This document shows positions 7,070-15,908 of a stretch of 61,486 nt of DNA, in pieces (position 1 is the stretch's first letter; each line of letters starts with the position of its first letter). The DNA is from an uncultured Candidatus Saccharibacteria bacterium (lineage in GTDB: Bacteria; Patescibacteriota; SICC01; CAYSOT01). The notes beneath the pieces are model-generated. The model was not told the origin of the DNA. It saw nothing but the letters and a program-made list of their open reading frames with translations, and ran no database searches. The stretch spans positions 1 to 61,486 of the forward strand of contig CAYSOT010000003.1 in assembly GCA_964432765.1 (NCBI GenBank). The letters are read 5' to 3'. The translations under genes were made by a program, and so were the position numbers.

Positions 7070-9948
7070 TTCAGCACGAAATTTATCAGCTTGCCAGGGA
7101 CATAGATCGTCGAGCTTGGCTCGCTTCCCGCTAAGTGCGATTGTACGTTTGGATCAGCCAGCGCAGCAGCGGTCACGCTTTCTTTGCCCTGCTCACCGCT
7201 TGGCATTTCTACAGTGGCACGCACTTTCCCATTAACCTGTACGACAATTTTCACGGTCTCATCAGCAAGCAAACTAGCTGTGAATTCTGGCCACTGGGAG
7301 CCAAAGATAGATGATTCATTTCCGAGACTACTCCAGAGCTCTTCGGCAATATGTGGCGCCAGCGGAGAGAGCAAGATAAGATACGTCTCAAACGCTGCCC
7401 GCCACTCAGCTGCCGGTAGCGCGGCGTCGCTACCTTTTAATTGATACAGTTCATTGAGCGCCTCCATCAGGGCACTGACTGCCGTGTTGAAGCGGAATTG
7501 TTCGATAGATCTCGTTACATCACGAATAGCCTTTTGCGTTGCACGAGCGAGAGACGTTGCCTGGACGCCGACGGGTGTGTTGTTCGAAGAAGACAAGGGT
7601 TCATCGCCAATTGACTGCGAAAGCTCTTGTCCGAGTACCCAGACGCGCTTCAGAAAACGATAGACACCTTCAATCCCTTGAGTGCTCCAGTTGGCGGCCT
7701 GATCATAGGGGCCGATAAACATTTCGTAGACGCGCAGTGTATCGGCACCATATGCCTCAACTATCTCGTCCGGATTAACAACGTTTCCTTTTGACTTACT
7801 CATTTTCTGGCCATCCGCGGCCTGAATCATCCCGTGGTGCCTAAGCGACAAGAACGGCTCTCGGAATGAGAGGTGTCCGAGGTCAGAGAGTGCCATTGTC
7901 CAAAATCGTGCGTAGATTAAGTGGAGCACGGCGTGGTCAGCACCTCCAACATACACATCAACTGGTGCCCATTTTTGCAATGAGGCAGCATCCCAAGCGT
8001 GCTGCGAAACATGGGGACTGGGGTAGCGCAAGAAATACCAGCTTGAATCAGCAAACGTATCCATCGTGTCCGTTTCACGCTGTGCTGGCTTGCCGCAGCT
8101 AGGGCACTCAACAGAAACCCAGTCCGAAACCTTTGCGAGCGGGCTACGTCCATCACCCGTTGGCAGATAATCATCGAGCGAGGGCAAGGTTACCGGCAGG
8201 TCCTTCTCCGGAACCGGCACCTCGCCACAATCATCGCAATGCACGATTGGAATCGGCGCGCCCCAGTATCGTTGGCGCGAAATCAACCAATCGCGGAGCT
8301 TAAAGCGTTTTGTGGGTTTAGCGCGATCCAGAAGTCCAAGATCAGCCGTGATCTGATCACGAGCGACGCTACTTGCGAGCCCATCGTAGTCACCCGAGTT
8401 AATCAGTACCCCTTCACCGGTGTAAGCAACGCCTTCAATGAGCCAGGCAAAAGCGAGAGAATGCATCGGGTCATCTACTTTTTCCTTGGCTTCGCCGGGT
8501 GAAAGCCACTGATGCGTAAACATACCCTTTTCATGATCCTCTAGCTCGACTGCAACTTGCTCGCTACTACGAAGCTTGAAGTGGACAAAAACAGCCTCGG
8601 TAACTCGTGCCTTATTGTGCGCGATTGTACGGTAATGATTCTTGGCAACTCCGCCGCTTGTGAGATATTCGAGATCGGTGTAGCCAGTTTCCTCGGCGAC
8701 CTCTCGCCTTGCTGCATCAACAGGATCTTCGCCATCATCCCTTCCACCACCAACGAAAAGATGCTGTCCATCCTTCCATCGAAGTGAAAGAACATTTCCC
8801 TGGCGGTCCTCGACAATGGCGACGATACTCTGTCGCTGCTCCTCCCCTTCAATCGGCGCGCCCGTCTCCGGCATAATCACCTGCTTGATCGGCAGGTCGA
8901 ACTTTTTGGCAAATTGCATGTCGCGATCATCGTGTGCAGGTACGGCCATAATGGCGCCGGTCCCGTAGCTTGCCAGCACATAATCCGCAATCCAAATCGG
9001 CAACCGCTCGCCATTCGCAGGATTTTCTGCATAGGATCCGGTAAAGACGCCGCTCTTTTCGCGATCCAGAGCAGTGCGCTCAATTTCCGATTGCGTTTTT
9101 GTATCAGCGACATATTTCTTCACCGCATCCAGCTGCTCGGGAGTGGTGAGTTTTTCAACGAGTGAATGTTCCGGGGCAAGCACCAGATAGGAAGCACCAA
9201 AAAGAGTATCTGGCCTCGTGCTGTACACGACGATCTCACCCGCTGGTGAGTTAAAGCTCAGATCGGTGCCGACGCTACGACCAATCCAGTTGCGCTGCAA
9301 TGCCTTGATTGATTCTGGCCAATCGAGCTCTTCCAGATTATTAAGTAACTCATCTGCGTACTGGGTGACTTTGAAGTACCACTGGGTTAGCTCCTTTTTG
9401 GTAACGGTCGTACCGCAGCGCTCACATGCGCCGTCGATAACTTGTTCATTCGCCAGCACTGTCTTGTCGCTTGGACACCACCACTGCCACCCACCTGCCC
9501 GATACGCTAAGCCGGCTTTGTGTAATTGCAGGAAAATCCACTGCGTCCAGCGGTAGTATTCTGGAGACGAAGTATCTACTTCCCGATTCCAGTCGTAGGA
9601 AAATCCGAGACGTTTCAGCTGCCGTCGGAAATTGGCAATATTGGTCGCGGTGTTTTCTGCGGGATGAACATGTTTCTTAATCGCCGCATTTTCTGCGGGA
9701 AGGCCAAACGCGTCCCAGCCAGTTGCATGCAAAACATCCTCGCCACGGTAGCGGTGATAATGGGCCGTGATATCCGCCGCCGTGTATGGCCTGGGGTGCC
9801 CAACATGCAAGCCATCTCCCGAGGGATAGGGAAACATCGGAATGATGTACTTTTTATTCTTTGGGCTTTCGGGTGCGGCAAAAAGCCGTGTTTCTTCCCA
9901 AACACTTTGCCATTTTGGCTCGATATCCTGCGGTTCGTAACGTTTCAC
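7066..9948 (-). CDS. leuS: Leucine--tRNA ligase with an inserted Nudix domain
   Basis: PYPSGDGLHVGH, GTGAIMAVPAHD editing motif, RDWLISRQRYWG, KMSKSKGNV. Confidence 0.98.
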   Translation of the reverse strand: MKRYEPQDIEPKWQSVWEETRLFAAPESPKNKKYIIPMFPYPSGDGLHVGHPRPYTAADITAHYHRYRGEDVLHATGWDAFGLPAENAAIKKHVHPAENTATNIANFRRQLKRLGFSYDWNREVDTSSPEYYRWTQWIFLQLHKAGLAYRAGGWQWWCPSDKTVLANEQVIDGACERCGTTVTKKELTQWYFKVTQYADELLNNLEELDWPESIKALQRNWIGRSVGTDLSFNSPAGEIVVYSTRPDTLFGASYLVLAPEHSLVEKLTTPEQLDAVKKYVADTKTQSEIERTALDREKSGVFTGSYAENPANGERLPIWIADYVLASYGTGAIMAVPAHDDRDMQFAKKFDLPIKQVIMPETGAPIEGEEQRQSIVAIVEDRQGNVLSLRWKDGQHLFVGGGRDDGEDPVDAARREVAEETGYTDLEYLTSGGVAKNHYRTIAHNKARVTEAVFVHFKLRSSEQVAVELEDHEKGMFTHQWLSPGEAKEKVDDPMHSLAFAWLIEGVAYTGEGVLINSGDYDGLASSVARDQITADLGLLDRAKPTKRFKLRDWLISRQRYWGAPIPIVHCDDCGEVPVPEKDLPVTLPSLDDYLPTGDGRSPLAKVSDWVSVECPSCGKPAQRETDTMDTFADSSWYFLRYPSPHVSQHAWDAASLQKWAPVDVYVGGADHAVLHLIYARFWTMALSDLGHLSFREPFLSLRHHGMIQAADGQKMSKSKGNVVNPDEIVEAYGADTLRVYEMFIGPYDQAANWSTQGIEGVYRFLKRVWVLGQELSQSIGDEPLSSSNNTPVGVQATSLARATQKAIRDVTRSIEQFRFNTAVSALMEALNELYQLKGSDAALPAAEWRAAFETYLILLSPLAPHIAEELWSSLGNESSIFGSQWPEFTASLLADETVKIVVQVNGKVRATVEMPSGEQGKESVTAAALADPNVQSHLAGSEPSSTIYVPGKLINFVLK

Positions 9949-9966
9949 GCCTTCTATTGTAGCGCG

Positions 9967-10530
9967 CTATGAGTGTCTTCGGCGTAGAGAGACTTCTTGC
10001 CCTGGCCGCAGCTCAACGACATTAAGATCGAGCGCCTCAGGTAGAGGCTTTCGAATCGGCCGCTTTGGTTTTATACGAACGGTGTCCGGTGCCTTTCTTC
10101 CATTTGGCGCATCGACCTCGACCTCGATGACTTCCCCCGCCGGTATTTCGAATCCGCGCTCCTGCAAGGCTTCTACATCCTCTATCGATGGATCAACAAG
10201 TGGAACCTCAGCTGCTGGCACACCCGTGATCTCCTCTATTTGCTCCACGCCTTGTGCCAAGCCATCAAACACGCCGTCTCGATCGGCAAGCTCTGCTGGA
10301 ACAACCGGTGTAACTCGCAGGGCAATGTCTCCATGCAAAATTCTCTGGTGGTATCCCGCCTGCAGTATTTCGGTCCCCTCGGGGCCTTGCACTTTTATTG
10401 TCATCTCGGCGGTTTGGGGATCCGTTTCAACATCGACGCGACGGTTATCCGGCAACGCTGCCTGACCTCCCGACATTCCGTCTGGTCGCTCTACAAATCC
10501 GTCAACTGAATGAATGCTCCGCTCTGCCAT
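9967..10530 (-). CDS. Hypothetical protein
   Basis: 187-aa ORF filling the gap, AGGA SD; no family recognised. Confidence 0.65.
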   Translation of the reverse strand: MAERSIHSVDGFVERPDGMSGGQAALPDNRRVDVETDPQTAEMTIKVQGPEGTEILQAGYHQRILHGDIALRVTPVVPAELADRDGVFDGLAQGVEQIEEITGVPAAEVPLVDPSIEDVEALQERGFEIPAGEVIEVEVDAPNGRKAPDTVRIKPKRPIRKPLPEALDLNVVELRPGQEVSLRRRHS

Positions 10531-10587
10531 ACATTTCCTTTTTGTTTCTTGTCTGTGTGTCTATTGTAGTAACCGAGCAGCAGGCAC

Positions 10588-11025
10588 TCAAGCGTTTTGT
10601 GCAGGTGGTTCGGCCTGCTGAACACGAAGCTCCAGTTCGCCGAGTTCTTCGCCTTCCGACTCTATCGTAATCTTCAACGTCCCCGGCTGCTGGATCTGGA
10701 ATCCATCGAAGTTCAGGTTGAGATTAACGTTCGCCGACTCTTCTTTCGGCACAGCGGCACGATCGATTTCAAACGTTCCACTGAAAGGCGAAACGACGTC
10801 GCTTCCTTCTTCAGTACGAAAGGTAATTTGAATCGGCAGTTTCGTCTCCGTCGTCGCAAGGCCAAGCGCCAGAGCTAGGCGAGGGTAGATCGCCGGGAAT
10901 TGCTGCTGAGCGACAATGCCCGGAGAGCCGAGGCCCGCAAATACGCCGATCATGTTCATTTTGCCGCCATCTGACTGAAAGACATTGTCTCCGAGATGGG
11001 CATAGGTGATACGTGTTTTTGCCAT
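10588..11025 (-). CDS. Hypothetical beta-rich protein (resembles DUF6941)
   Basis: N-terminus ...DNVFQSDGGKMNMIGVF; family assignment from memory and uncertain. Confidence 0.65.
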   Translation of the reverse strand: MAKTRITYAHLGDNVFQSDGGKMNMIGVFAGLGSPGIVAQQQFPAIYPRLALALGLATTETKLPIQITFRTEEGSDVVSPFSGTFEIDRAAVPKEESANVNLNLNFDGFQIQQPGTLKITIESEGEELGELELRVQQAEPPAQNA

Positions 11026-11060
11026 ACTTCTACGCTATCACATGCCTATTCAAACAGAAA

Positions 11061-11093
11061 AAGAAAAGACCCGCCTAAGCGGGTCTTTTCAAA
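11061..11093. terminator. Bidirectional intrinsic terminator after the RRM gene
   Basis: AAAAGACCCGC-CTAA-GCGGGTCTTTT with flanking A/T tracts. Confidence 0.85.
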
Positions 11094-11101
11094 ACGTGTC
11101 C

Positions 11102-11350
11102 TTACTGCTTCGGTCGCGCTTCGCGAACGATCAGCGGACGGCCGTCGAGCTCTTTTTCGTTGAGCTCGGCAGCGGCCTTGTCGGCATCGGCATCGTCATC
11201 GAATTTGACGAAACCGAAACCGCGACTGCGGCCGGAATCACGATCTTTAATCACGGTCGCTGAGACCGGATTGAAGGCAGCGAAATGCGCCGACAGACCG
11301 TCGTCCTCTGTGCTATAGGCAAGGTTGCCTACGTAGAGTTCTTTAGCCAA
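11102..11350 (-). CDS. RRM-domain RNA-binding protein
   Basis: RNP2 LYVGNL and RNP1 RGFGFVKF; AGGAG SD before TTG at 11350. Confidence 0.93.
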   Translation of the reverse strand: MAKELYVGNLAYSTEDDGLSAHFAAFNPVSATVIKDRDSGRSRGFGFVKFDDDADADKAAAELNEKELDGRPLIVREARPKQ

Positions 11351-11515
11351 GATGGCTCCTCTCATTAATCAGAGGAGCCTTGGAAGATTTCTGTACTGCA
11401 CTCTGAGACTTATACAACACGCTCAGCGTAGCTTGAACAGCCCTTTATTACAACAAACCGGACGACTCTTGCTTGTCAGCTTGCGATGAATTTGCGCCCA
11501 TTGCACCATAGCTGT

Positions 11516-12190
11516 ATGTGTGGTGGTTTCGTCGTCACGTACAACAATGTAAGCGTCTACGCCAAGGAGTTCATGGCGGAGGTACCCGTTTTTAATAAAC
11601 TTCCACTTCCAAATTACAACGTTAGGCCTTCACAAGAATGCCTTGTCGTAGTCGGTCGTGAGAGAAGAATCGAGCGTATGCGCTGGGGGCTCATACCATC
11701 GTGGTCAAAAGAACCACAGACTTCATACAGTACATTCAACGCAAGAGTCGAGAACATCGCTAATAAACCAACCTATCGAACACCGTTTCGTCGAACGCGG
11801 TGCTTGATTCCCGCAAGTGGTTATTACGAATGGCGAAAGATAAATGGATACAAGCAACCTTACTACCTTTATCCTGAAGACCAGAAACTTCTTGGGCTAG
11901 GTGGTGTTTATGACACATGGACGGACGAGAATGGCACAGAACTTAAATCGTTTTCAATAATCACGCTTCCTGCCAGCGGAACTGCTGCCGAAGTGCATTC
12001 TCGCATGCCGGCAATAATTGACCCGCAGGACTACACTAGCTGGCTTGATCCATCGCTAGTTGAACCAGATGAAATTCTGGCGCTTCTTACTAAAGCAGAA
12101 AGAGAGCTAGCTATTTACCCCGTATCAACGGCTGTCAATAAACCGGGCATCAACAACGCTGATCTAATCAAACGAGTTAGCTTGCCCTAA
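11516..12190 (+). CDS. SOS response-associated peptidase (SRAP/YedK/HMCES family)
   Basis: MCGGF start, FNARVE, RCLIPASGYYEW, HSRMPAII. Confidence 0.93.
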   Translation: MCGGFVVTYNNVSVYAKEFMAEVPVFNKLPLPNYNVRPSQECLVVVGRERRIERMRWGLIPSWSKEPQTSYSTFNARVENIANKPTYRTPFRRTRCLIPASGYYEWRKINGYKQPYYLYPEDQKLLGLGGVYDTWTDENGTELKSFSIITLPASGTAAEVHSRMPAIIDPQDYTSWLDPSLVEPDEILALLTKAERELAIYPVSTAVNKPGINNADLIKRVSLP

Positions 12191-12192
12191 TG

Positions 12193-12266
12193 TGGAGATA
12201 GGCGGACTCGAACCGCCGACCTCCTGCATGCCATGCAGGCGCTCTAGCCAACTGAGCTATATCCCC
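12193..12266 (-). tRNA. tRNA-Ala(GGC), no encoded CCA
   Basis: GGGGATA/TATCTCC with G3.U70; CCTGC-ATGGCAT-GCAGG; GTTCGAGTC T-loop. Confidence 0.97.
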
Positions 12267-12333
12267 GTGTTCTGTATCAGTATACCGACGCTACTGCGGT
12301 GAAGGAATAATCAGGGAAACGAGACTGCGAGGT

Positions 12334-12372
12334 GGGGTGCCCGTCGAGGCGTATTGCTACGACGGGCACCCC
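12334..12372. repeat. Perfect 13-bp GC-rich inverted repeat without a U-tract
   Basis: GGGGTGCCCGTCG ... CGACGGGCACCCC. Confidence 0.8.
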
Positions 12373-12377
12373 GACCT

Positions 12378-12875
12378 TCAGGCGTTCAGCTTGCGCAACT
12401 TCCGGCTCGCTCGCCACAGGTGAAACCGACGGCGAATCATTGCGCTCTTCTTCTGCCTGGTTACTGATTCGAGTGCACGATGGACATCGCGGACTCGGTA
12501 GCCATGGCGGCGAAGCTGGCGCAGTGACGCGGTGGCGTGCCGTAGTTGACGATCCATGGCTGCCGCGAAGACGACGTATTCGACCTCGCCACTTTCCGCC
12601 AGGGCCTCACTGATGAATGCGAAAGCGGTCTCGATATCCGCCGCAACGTCCTTCAGCAGGCCAGAGCAGACGCGCGCTTCGAGGACCGAAAGTTGCCCCA
12701 GATCCTCGTCCAGTTGCGTCAGGTAGTGGTAGATCTCATCGAAATCCCGCTGCCTGACAAGCTCCTCGACCGTACGAATGACTTCATCCCGGTAACCCGG
12801 ATCACCGTCGAGCTTCATGATGCACAGCTCGTCGATGTCGGGAATCGGAGGTCCGGTTTGTGTTTCTTCCTCCAT
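12378..12875 (-). CDS. Hypothetical helical protein (GC-rich)
   Basis: ORF with AAGGGG before ATG 12875; no family recognised. Confidence 0.6.
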   Translation of the reverse strand: MEEETQTGPPIPDIDELCIMKLDGDPGYRDEVIRTVEELVRQRDFDEIYHYLTQLDEDLGQLSVLEARVCSGLLKDVAADIETAFAFISEALAESGEVEYVVFAAAMDRQLRHATASLRQLRRHGYRVRDVHRALESVTRQKKSAMIRRRFHLWRASRKLRKLNA

Positions 12876-12974
12876 GCCGCCCCTTCGGTCGTTTCCCTGA
12901 TTTGTAAGGTGTCGGCAAAATGCCAACTAGCAGATGCTACGTGCCCTGCTTCATCGAGTCAACTGATTTTGTGT

Positions 12975-13943
12975 CTACTCGGTAACTATGGCACCCTTGG
13001 CGTGCCAATCCTTGCGAGCATCATTCTTGTATTCGTAGATGTCGCCAGCTGCGATTGAACCCTCTGATGCCGCTGTGCCAATCTGCCGGAAATATGCCGA
13101 TGCGGTAGTGTTGTCGCCGGCCGCCCAGACGTTTTCAACGGAAGTTCGCTGGTGATCATTAACGAGAATAAAGTTACCGTCATCAACGGCTGCACCAACT
13201 AGGTCTGCCAGCGTGCGATCCGGCGTAGAGCCAATCTCGATAAAAACACCGTCGACGGCTATTTCCGTGCTACCATCGTGCGGTTCGGCCAAGGTGACGC
13301 CGGTCACCTTCTGTTCACCATTGATAGAAACAACTTGGTTTGGCTTCACCATAGTCACATTGGGCAGCTCTTCGACGCGCTCGACCCAGATCGGTTCAGC
13401 TCGGAAATCTTCGCGACGATGAACAAGATACACTTGGCTCGCGAATTCAGAAAGATGGAGCACGCCTTTGAGCGCTGAGTCACCGCCACCAACCAAAACC
13501 ACGGGCTTATCTTTAAAGAAGGCTGCATCACAGGTGACACAATACGATACTCCTCTACCTTCAAATTCATCTTCACCCGGTACTCCAAGTTTGTTGTGTT
13601 TCGTGCCCGTTGCCAGCAATAAGTGATGACCACGTACTTCTTGTCCACTCCACGTATGCAGAATGAATTCGCCATTTTCTTTTGTAATCTGGTCAACTTT
13701 ATCGAGCAATGTCTCCGCGCCAAATCCAGTAGCGTGGTCGACGAATTTCTTTGCTAGATCCATGCCACTAATAGAAGCGTAGCCAAGGTAATCCTCGACA
13801 AGATGAGTTGTCGAAACATATCCGCCCAACTCGGGCCCGACAACGACGTTTTCGAGCTTATATCGCGATGCATAGACCGACGCAGCCAGCCCGGCAGGGC
13901 CTGCTCCGATTATTACGAGATCATGCGTTTTTGTGTCTGCCAT
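12975..13943 (-). CDS. trxB: Thioredoxin reductase
   Basis: IIGAGPAG, CVTCD redox motif, VGGGDSA, AAGD; next to trxA. Confidence 0.93.
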   Translation of the reverse strand: MADTKTHDLVIIGAGPAGLAASVYASRYKLENVVVGPELGGYVSTTHLVEDYLGYASISGMDLAKKFVDHATGFGAETLLDKVDQITKENGEFILHTWSGQEVRGHHLLLATGTKHNKLGVPGEDEFEGRGVSYCVTCDAAFFKDKPVVLVGGGDSALKGVLHLSEFASQVYLVHRREDFRAEPIWVERVEELPNVTMVKPNQVVSINGEQKVTGVTLAEPHDGSTEIAVDGVFIEIGSTPDRTLADLVGAAVDDGNFILVNDHQRTSVENVWAAGDNTTASAYFRQIGTAASEGSIAAGDIYEYKNDARKDWHAKGAIVTE

Positions 13944-13946
13944 GGA

Positions 13947-14267
13947 CTAGAGATGCGCGTTGATTTTCTCTTCGATGGCCGGCTTTGGCTGAACGCCAAT
14001 CAACGTTTCAACGGGTTGGCCAGCCTTGAATACCATCAGCGTAGGAATGCTCATAACTCCAAACTGCTGAGACAGTGCTTGCTGTTCGTCTACGTTCACC
14101 TTACCGACCTTTGCTTTGCCGGCATACTCAGTGGCAAGCTGCTCAACGATCGGTTCGACCATCTTACATGGACCACACCAAACTGCCCAGAAATCGAGCA
14201 GGACCGGAACATCACTTTTCAGAACTTCGGACTCAAAATTATCGGCGGTAATTTCCACGTAAGACAT
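13947..14267 (-). CDS. trxA: Thioredoxin
   Basis: WCGPCK. Confidence 0.98.
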   Translation of the reverse strand: MSYVEITADNFESEVLKSDVPVLLDFWAVWCGPCKMVEPIVEQLATEYAGKAKVGKVNVDEQQALSQQFGVMSIPTLMVFKAGQPVETLIGVQPKPAIEEKINAHL

Positions 14268-14275
14268 GAAGACCT

Positions 14276-14533
14276 CTAAAATTTAATGACGTTTCCGAAT
14301 CGAACAATCAGCGCAATAGCAATTCCGGCGATTGTATAAAACAGCAGCATGGCAAGAATAAATCCGACACCAAAGCGGAACCCATCACGTACAGTCATGT
14401 TCAATTCAGGTGGGAGCACATACGGATCATGCTGCTCTCGGAAAAACTCGTCATCCTTCACATCTTCCTTGATGTGAATCTCGTTCGGCTTCGCTTGTTT
14501 CTTGGCTGCGTCTTTGGCGGTAGTTTTCTTCAC
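14276..14533 (-). CDS. Small membrane protein
   Basis: C-terminal hydrophobic helix (DGFRFGVGFILAMLLF...). Confidence 0.7.
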   Translation of the reverse strand: MKKTTAKDAAKKQAKPNEIHIKEDVKDDEFFREQHDPYVLPPELNMTVRDGFRFGVGFILAMLLFYTIAGIAIALIVRFGNVIKF

Positions 14534-14565
14534 CTCTCCACTCTACCAGCGCACGCTAAGCCCCT

Positions 14566-15894
14566 TCAAGCCACATTCTCCCCAAGCTCCTTTATGCGGC
14601 GCTTGAGATACTCGCTTGTGTTCCTGCCTGGGTCATCGAGGACCTCTTCGAGTAATTGCTGCATGATTTCACCAATCCGTGGCCCAGGAGCAATATCCAA
14701 GATCTTCATAACGTCGGTACCATTAACGACTAACATTCGTGTGTCAATCGGATCTTTCTGAACCTCTACAACGCGTTCCTGAAAATTTTGAAGCTTCTTC
14801 GTATAACCAATCTTGCAACCAGAGCCGAGCCTGTCGCCTACTCGTAAATCGACCAGATCCTGGATATTTTCTGGTCCAACCCGACGGATAATCCTGCGAA
14901 TGGCTTTGTCTGTGGACTCAAATTGAAACAGAAACATGTGATGTCTAACAAGATTCGTGACACGCTCAGTATCCGCTTTGGAAAATGCGAGCCGTTTCAT
15001 AATCTGGCGGGTCATGCGGGCACCGATTACTTCATGCCCGTGGAATGTTCGTTCTGCTTCCGGACCGTGCGCCGAGCGTGGCTTCCCAACATCGTGCAGG
15101 AGTGCCGCTAGGCGAACTAGCGGGTCTGTCGACGGCGTCGTCTGAAGCGAACGTATGGAGTGCTCCAGGACATCATATTTATGGTGTTTCGGCTGACTCA
15201 TGCTTTCACCCTCAAGCAGCTCCGGAATGATTTCTTTCAAAAGACCTACTTCATACAGCAAGCGAATTCCTCCGGCTGGGTCGCTTGATGCCAGAATTTT
15301 CATAAGTTCGTCTCGCACTCTCTCGCCAGATACATTTCGAATGTTTTGGGAGCCAACTACTATCGCATTACGCGTTTCTTTCTCGAGCTTAAATCCGAGC
15401 TGGACAGTGAAACGAACCGCGCGCATGAGACGAAGTGCGTCTTCCGTGAATCGCTGATCAGGATTTCCAACGGTGCGAACAAGATGTTTTTGCAAATCGA
15501 GTAAGCCACCGAAAGGATCAACAAGAGCGTCATCTCGCCATGCCATCGCGTTGATCGTGAAATCACGACGTGCGAGGTCTTCCTCGAGCGTCTTTAGAAA
15601 CGTCACTTTGCCTGGGTGCCTTGAATCTTCGTAGGCGCTCTCGCTGCGGTAGGTTGTGACCTCGTAAACATTTCGACCCACAATAACACCGACTGTACCA
15701 AAACTGTTTTCGTAGACCGTTTTCGAGAATACACGCCGTATTTCCTCGGGTGTGGCGTTCGTAGCGATATCCCAATCCTTGGGCACAACTTCGCGAACCA
15801 TATCCCGGACGCAACCGCCGACTAATACGGCCTCAAAGCCAGCCGCCTCCAGCTCGGCCAGAATACCTTGCACCTGTTTTGGCACATTTGTCAT
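14566..15894 (-). CDS. cca: CCA tRNA nucleotidyltransferase with HD domain
   Basis: VGGCVRD...KDWDIAT, RRDFTINA, EDALRLMRAVRF, LLHDVGK. A poly(A)-polymerase or partial CC/A-adding activity cannot be excluded. Confidence 0.85.
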   Translation of the reverse strand: MTNVPKQVQGILAELEAAGFEAVLVGGCVRDMVREVVPKDWDIATNATPEEIRRVFSKTVYENSFGTVGVIVGRNVYEVTTYRSESAYEDSRHPGKVTFLKTLEEDLARRDFTINAMAWRDDALVDPFGGLLDLQKHLVRTVGNPDQRFTEDALRLMRAVRFTVQLGFKLEKETRNAIVVGSQNIRNVSGERVRDELMKILASSDPAGGIRLLYEVGLLKEIIPELLEGESMSQPKHHKYDVLEHSIRSLQTTPSTDPLVRLAALLHDVGKPRSAHGPEAERTFHGHEVIGARMTRQIMKRLAFSKADTERVTNLVRHHMFLFQFESTDKAIRRIIRRVGPENIQDLVDLRVGDRLGSGCKIGYTKKLQNFQERVVEVQKDPIDTRMLVVNGTDVMKILDIAPGPRIGEIMQQLLEEVLDDPGRNTSEYLKRRIKELGENVA

Positions 15895-15908
15895 GTTGCT
15901 TAGTATAC

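Noticed and set aside
12193-12266. tRNA-Ala as an integration site for an island
   Set aside because: No integrase and no duplicated 3' tRNA fragment seen in the window
12546-13058. 170-aa plus-strand ORF and many other antisense ORFs in the track
   Set aside because: Shadow frames opposite well-supported genes, with no motifs
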